A stretch of DNA of 64,000 nt from Clostridia bacterium (lineage in GTDB: Bacteria; Bacillota; Clostridia; TANB77; CAG-465). Position 1 is the stretch's first letter. Every line of letters begins with the position of its first letter. The position numbers and the translations under genes were made by a program. Below, one piece after another: positions 60,027 through 64,000 of the stretch. Where the stretch lies: the NCBI GenBank assembly GCA_026415435.1, contig JAOAHC010000041.1, forward strand, positions 4,290-68,289. The letters run 5' to 3'. The notes under the pieces were generated by a model that made no database searches, had not been told where the DNA came from, and worked only from the letters and a program-made list of their open reading frames with translations.

Positions 60027-61037
60027 ATGTCAATTTTAGTTACAGGTGGAGCAGGTTACATAGGTAGTCATACTTGTGTTGAATTATTAAATGCAGGTCA
60101 GGATATTATAATCCTAGATAATTTTTCAAATAGTAAAGAGGAATCATTAAATAGAATAAGAAAAATAACAGGTAAAGATTTTAAATTCTATAAAGTGGAT
60201 TTATTAGATAAAAACGGTATTGAAAATATATTTGCAGAAAACAGTATTGATTCTGTTATACATTTTGCAGGGCTTAAAGCAGTTGGTGAATCTGTTTCGA
60301 AGCCAATAGAATACTATACTAATAATATATCTGGTTCACTTAATTTATTTGAACTAATGAAAAAGTATAATGTTAAGAAATTAGTTTTCAGTTCTTCAGC
60401 AACTGTATATGGTGATCCAAAAAAAGTTCCAATAACCGAAGATATGCCGCTGTCTACAACTAATCCATATGGAACAACAAAACTATTTATAGAGCAAATA
60501 TTAAAAGATTTATATGTTTCTGATAATAGCTGGGCAATATCAATTTTAAGATATTTTAATCCAATTGGTGCACATGAAAGTGGCCTTATAGGTGAAGATC
60601 CACAAGGAATACCTAATAATTTAATGCCATTTATTTCAAAAGTTGCTATAGGTAAGTTAGAAAAATTAACTGTATTCGGTAACGATTATAACACTCATGA
60701 TGGTACAGGGGTAAGAGACTATATTCACGTTGTAGATCTATCAAAAGGACATTTAAAAGCTTTAGAAAAACTAAATAAAGAACAAAAAGGTATATTTATT
60801 CATAATTTAGGTACTGGTACAGGATATAGTGTTTTAGATATGATAAATGCATTTGAAAAAGTTAATAATATAAAAATAAATTATGTTATATCATCAAGAA
60901 GACCAGGCGATATCGCAGCATGTTTTGCTGATCCAACAAAAGCTCAAATGGAGCTAAATTGGAAAGCTGAAAAAAATATTGAAGATATGTGTAGAGATTC
61001 GTGGAACTTTGAACAAAAAAATCCAAAAGGATTATAG
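60027..61037 (+). CDS. galE: UDP-glucose 4-epimerase
   Basis: [15 protein letters not shown]; catalytic YGTTK; ATG at 60027 after agaggag. Confidence 0.9.
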   Translation: MSILVTGGAGYIGSHTCVELLNAGQDIIILDNFSNSKEESLNRIRKITGKDFKFYKVDLLDKNGIENIFAENSIDSVIHFAGLKAVGESVSKPIEYYTNNISGSLNLFELMKKYNVKKLVFSSSATVYGDPKKVPITEDMPLSTTNPYGTTKLFIEQILKDLYVSDNSWAISILRYFNPIGAHESGLIGEDPQGIPNNLMPFISKVAIGKLEKLTVFGNDYNTHDGTGVRDYIHVVDLSKGHLKALEKLNKEQKGIFIHNLGTGTGYSVLDMINAFEKVNNIKINYVISSRRPGDIAACFADPTKAQMELNWKAEKNIEDMCRDSWNFEQKNPKGL

Positions 61038-61133
61038 AATACTTTTAACTATATACAAGCATCCTACGTATAATATATTGATAATGATTATAGGTTACTT
61101 TATAAATTATTTTAAGTAGGAGAGGATGGTTAT

Positions 61134-61409
61134 ATGTGTAACTTTCGTGAAGTTGCTAAAAAAGATGTCCCAGAAATAACAGGACAAATGTGGCTTGAAG
61201 CATATCGGATTATAGAAAAAGCTATAAGTATTTCATGTAATCCTGACCTGTTTCCAGTTGTAGACAAACTTCTTACTACTGCAGCCGACTTGTTTAAAAC
61301 TATTAGGACACTTAAAGACTGTGTAAATGAAAAAGAATTACAAAAAATAGCATGTGAAGTAAGAGTGAAAATGATGGAAGCTCACGAAATACAAAAAGAT
61401 CTAATGTAA
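61134..61409 (+). CDS. hypothetical small helical protein (91 aa)
   Basis: RBS aggagagg; own terminator. Confidence 0.45.
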   Translation: MCNFREVAKKDVPEITGQMWLEAYRIIEKAISISCNPDLFPVVDKLLTTAADLFKTIRTLKDCVNEKELQKIACEVRVKMMEAHEIQKDLM

Positions 61410-61423
61410 AATTTTATTTTTAA

Positions 61424-61455
61424 GAGATATAAGTAAATACTTATATCTTTTTTGC
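61424..61455 (+). terminator. rho-independent terminator (agatataagta / tacttatatct followed by T6)
   Basis: perfect 11-bp stem. Confidence 0.75.
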
Positions 61456-61590
61456 TATGTAATACGGGATTAAACGAGATTTTTTTACTTTTTTTGATAT
61501 AAAACTATACAAATTTCGCTTAATTTGATATAATTAAGACAAGGTATATTTTATACTGATATAATAGTAAAAAATGTGAGGTTAGGTTAA

Positions 61591-63960
61591 ATGATATATG
61601 AAAACAAAAGGAGAAAGATTAGTAAGTTTTTGATATCAACAATTAGTGTTGTTATGACATTAAATTTTGCTATATCAAATTATATTAATGTAAGTGACGC
61701 AACTTTGACGTCTAATCTACCTGTCTCTAAAATAAAATATAATGAAAGCGATAATAGTTCAGTTTTTCCAGACAGTTATAAACCATATATACAAAGTTTG
61801 AAAGCAGCTCATCCAAACTGGATATTTAAAGCTGTATATACTGGACTTGGTTGGAATCAAACTCTAACTCAAGAGTGTTATGAGACAAAAACAGGTATTA
61901 GTACAGTTCCTGATAGCTATAGTGCTGCTTGGAAAAAAGATGGTGTAAATACATATGTTGATGGAAGCTTTGTGATAGCTTCAAAGCCAGCAGTTGCATA
62001 TACTTTAGATCCAAGAAACTTTTTAAATGAAACTAGTATATTTCAATTTGAAGCACTGGATTTTAATGATGTGACAAGTACAACATCAACAATTGAAAAA
62101 ATATTAGCTGGAACACCTATGGCAACTTATCCAACACAGTATAAAAAAGCTGGCAACATGGTTAATCATGATAATAATCTAAAATGGTCAGATATTATTA
62201 TAAATGCATCAAAAAATGCTGGTGGAAGCGGTATAAGTGCAGTGTTTTTAGCAACAAGAATGAAGCAAGAGACATCTTTGGATATATTAAATAACTATTC
62301 GATCAATGGTTCTTCAGCTACATATCCAGGAGTATATAACTTCTTCAATATTGGTGCAGTTCCAGATGCAAATGGTAATAATTCTGTTACTAATGGTCTT
62401 AGATATGCATCAAATTCAATAAATAGTGACGGTAATACAGGTTGGACAACTCCTACATACTCAATAAATGCAGGCGCAACATATCTGTGGTCAAATTATA
62501 TAAAATGGGGACAAAATACAACATATTTCCAAAAGTTTGATGTTAGCAATGTGTATGGAAATGCAGTAGCATTATGTGCGTATCAATATATGACTAATAT
62601 ATTAGCGCCTTCAAGTGAATCTAAAATAACATATAACGCCTATAATAGTTTAGGATTATTAAATTCAAATTTTGTATTCTATATACCTGTATATGGTGTA
62701 TTAAATGGCAGCGATCAAATTATATCAGATGCAATGCCTGATCAAATTTCAATGCATCCTGATTCATTAACAAGTAATTTAGATGGTACAGATATAGTGT
62801 ATTTAGATGATACAAGTGATTCATATCCAAACGTAGATGAATTTACTATAAGATCTGGACCAGGTACAGAATATAACAGACTTGCTACTTTACAAGAAGT
62901 ATCAGATTCACCTAATGATAGAACAAAATTTGTAAGAATTCAAGTTGGTACAAATGGATGGGATAAGATTAAACTTTCTGACGGAAGAGAGGGTTATGTG
63001 TATCAAGCGTTTGTAAAAACATATAATTACACACACGTAACAGATATAGCCTTAGATAAAGCTATTGCAAATTTAAAAGTATCTGAAACATTAACTCTAA
63101 CTCCAACTATATATCCAACTAATGCATACATTAAAAAAGTCATATGGAGTAGTAATGATCAAAGCGTAGCTACAGTTGATAATGATGGAAAAGTAACTGC
63201 TATTAAAGAAGGTACTGCAACCATAACAGCTACAACATTAGATGGAGCTAAAGCATATAGTTGTGTGTTAACAGTAGGTAATACACAGGCAACTAATATT
63301 ACAATGAGTAATACACAGTATACAATTGTGGTAGGTAAATACTTACAATATTCTCCTACAGTAGCACCAACTACAACTACAAATAAAAATTATGATATAT
63401 CGGTTCAAGATACTACAATTGCTACAGTTGAAGATGGTAAAGTAAAAGCTCTTAAAGCGGGTACTACAAATGTAACCTATACAACAAAAGATGGTAGCAA
63501 CAAATCATGTACTGTTAGCTTAATTGTTACTGATGTAGCAGCAAGTATAACTGATTATATAGTTAATAGTAGTAATATAGTTACAAAGGTAGAAATAGGA
63601 TCAAAAGCTTCTGCAATAAAAGATAAAGTAGTGACAAGTTATACAAAAAAAATAGTAAATTCTAATAATGTTGAAATACAAGATAATGCTGGTGTGGGAA
63701 CAGGAAGCAAAATTCAAATATTAGATGGAAGTAATTTGGTAGAAGAATATATAGTAGCTATTTATGGAGATATAAATGGTGATGCAAATATTACTTCAAG
63801 TGATTATGTTTTAGTTAAAAATAGCATTATGGGTGTTAAGTCATTAAATAGTGTTGAAAATATAGGAGCAGACATTAATAAAGATGGAAAAATAACAGCA
63901 AGTGATTATGTGTTAATAAAAAATCATATAATGGGTATTAAACAAATTTCTGCACAATAA
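61591..63960 (+). CDS. secreted multidomain protein: N-terminal glucosaminidase-like (GH73-like) region, an SH3-like segment, three Big_2 Ig-like domains and a C-terminal type-I dockerin
   Basis: Signal peptide; three similar ~90-aa Big_2-like repeats (...(S/T)NDQSVATVD.DGKVTA(I/L)K.GT(A/T)...T.DG). Two C-terminal calcium-binding dockerin repeats DINGDANITSSDYVLVKNSIMG and DINKDGKITASDYVLIKNHIMG. Confidence 0.7.
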   Translation: MIYENKRRKISKFLISTISVVMTLNFAISNYINVSDATLTSNLPVSKIKYNESDNSSVFPDSYKPYIQSLKAAHPNWIFKAVYTGLGWNQTLTQECYETKTGISTVPDSYSAAWKKDGVNTYVDGSFVIASKPAVAYTLDPRNFLNETSIFQFEALDFNDVTSTTSTIEKILAGTPMATYPTQYKKAGNMVNHDNNLKWSDIIINASKNAGGSGISAVFLATRMKQETSLDILNNYSINGSSATYPGVYNFFNIGAVPDANGNNSVTNGLRYASNSINSDGNTGWTTPTYSINAGATYLWSNYIKWGQNTTYFQKFDVSNVYGNAVALCAYQYMTNILAPSSESKITYNAYNSLGLLNSNFVFYIPVYGVLNGSDQIISDAMPDQISMHPDSLTSNLDGTDIVYLDDTSDSYPNVDEFTIRSGPGTEYNRLATLQEVSDSPNDRTKFVRIQVGTNGWDKIKLSDGREGYVYQAFVKTYNYTHVTDIALDKAIANLKVSETLTLTPTIYPTNAYIKKVIWSSNDQSVATVDNDGKVTAIKEGTATITATTLDGAKAYSCVLTVGNTQATNITMSNTQYTIVVGKYLQYSPTVAPTTTTNKNYDISVQDTTIATVEDGKVKALKAGTTNVTYTTKDGSNKSCTVSLIVTDVAASITDYIVNSSNIVTKVEIGSKASAIKDKVVTSYTKKIVNSNNVEIQDNAGVGTGSKIQILDGSNLVEEYIVAIYGDINGDANITSSDYVLVKNSIMGVKSLNSVENIGADINKDGKITASDYVLIKNHIMGIKQISAQ

Positions 63961-63986
63961 TTACTATACGAATGGAGGAAAATTAG

Positions 63987-64000
63987 ATGGTATATGATAG
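63987..64000 (+). CDS. start of a downstream gene (truncated by the window end)
   Basis: RBS ggaggaaa followed by ATG at 63987. Confidence 0.3.

Overview
This is a very AT-rich (roughly 27-30% GC) Firmicute chromosome segment, Clostridium-like. Almost all genes are on the + strand, as expected for a leading-strand-biased chromosome; the exceptions are glmS, msrAB, three small Cys-rich genes and one 135-aa hypothetical. No transposase, integrase, CRISPR array, rRNA or tRNA was recognised.

Content in order:
- the 3' end of relA, then an MBL-fold hydrolase, ung and a VanZ-like protein;
- a 5-kb gene for a 1675-aa surface protein with a prepilin-like N-terminus, Ig-like repeats and two tandem copies of a formylglycine-generating-enzyme-like (FGE/sulfatase-modifying-factor / DUF1566-like), C-type-lectin-fold domain, with near-identical DNA repeats inside the gene;
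- queA and tgt, cls, a patatin-like phospholipase, then an orphan DpaA-like gene followed by three diverged tandem paralogs of a small unknown protein;
- folD, then three uncharacterised membrane or secreted genes, one of them a membrane-anchored HExxH protein;
- smpB, converging on a three-gene minus-strand operon of small Cys-rich proteins (candidate spore-surface or appendage subunits);
- era, a YqzL-like ORF and recO; glmS on the minus strand, with a recognisable glmS ribozyme in its leader;
- a roughly 25-kb ABC-transporter-dependent glycopolymer locus (phosphomannomutase/phosphoglucomutase, Wzm/Wzt-like transporter, about 15 glycosyltransferases including three GtrB-like polyprenol-phosphate GT2s, a GtrA/SMR-like flippase candidate and several large polytopic membrane proteins);
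- a small unknown gene, then sufCBDSU with an 8-4-8 palindrome in its leader; msrAB on the minus strand; galE;
- a secreted multidomain protein ending in a type-I dockerin.

All functional calls rest on motifs read from the translations. No database search was run.
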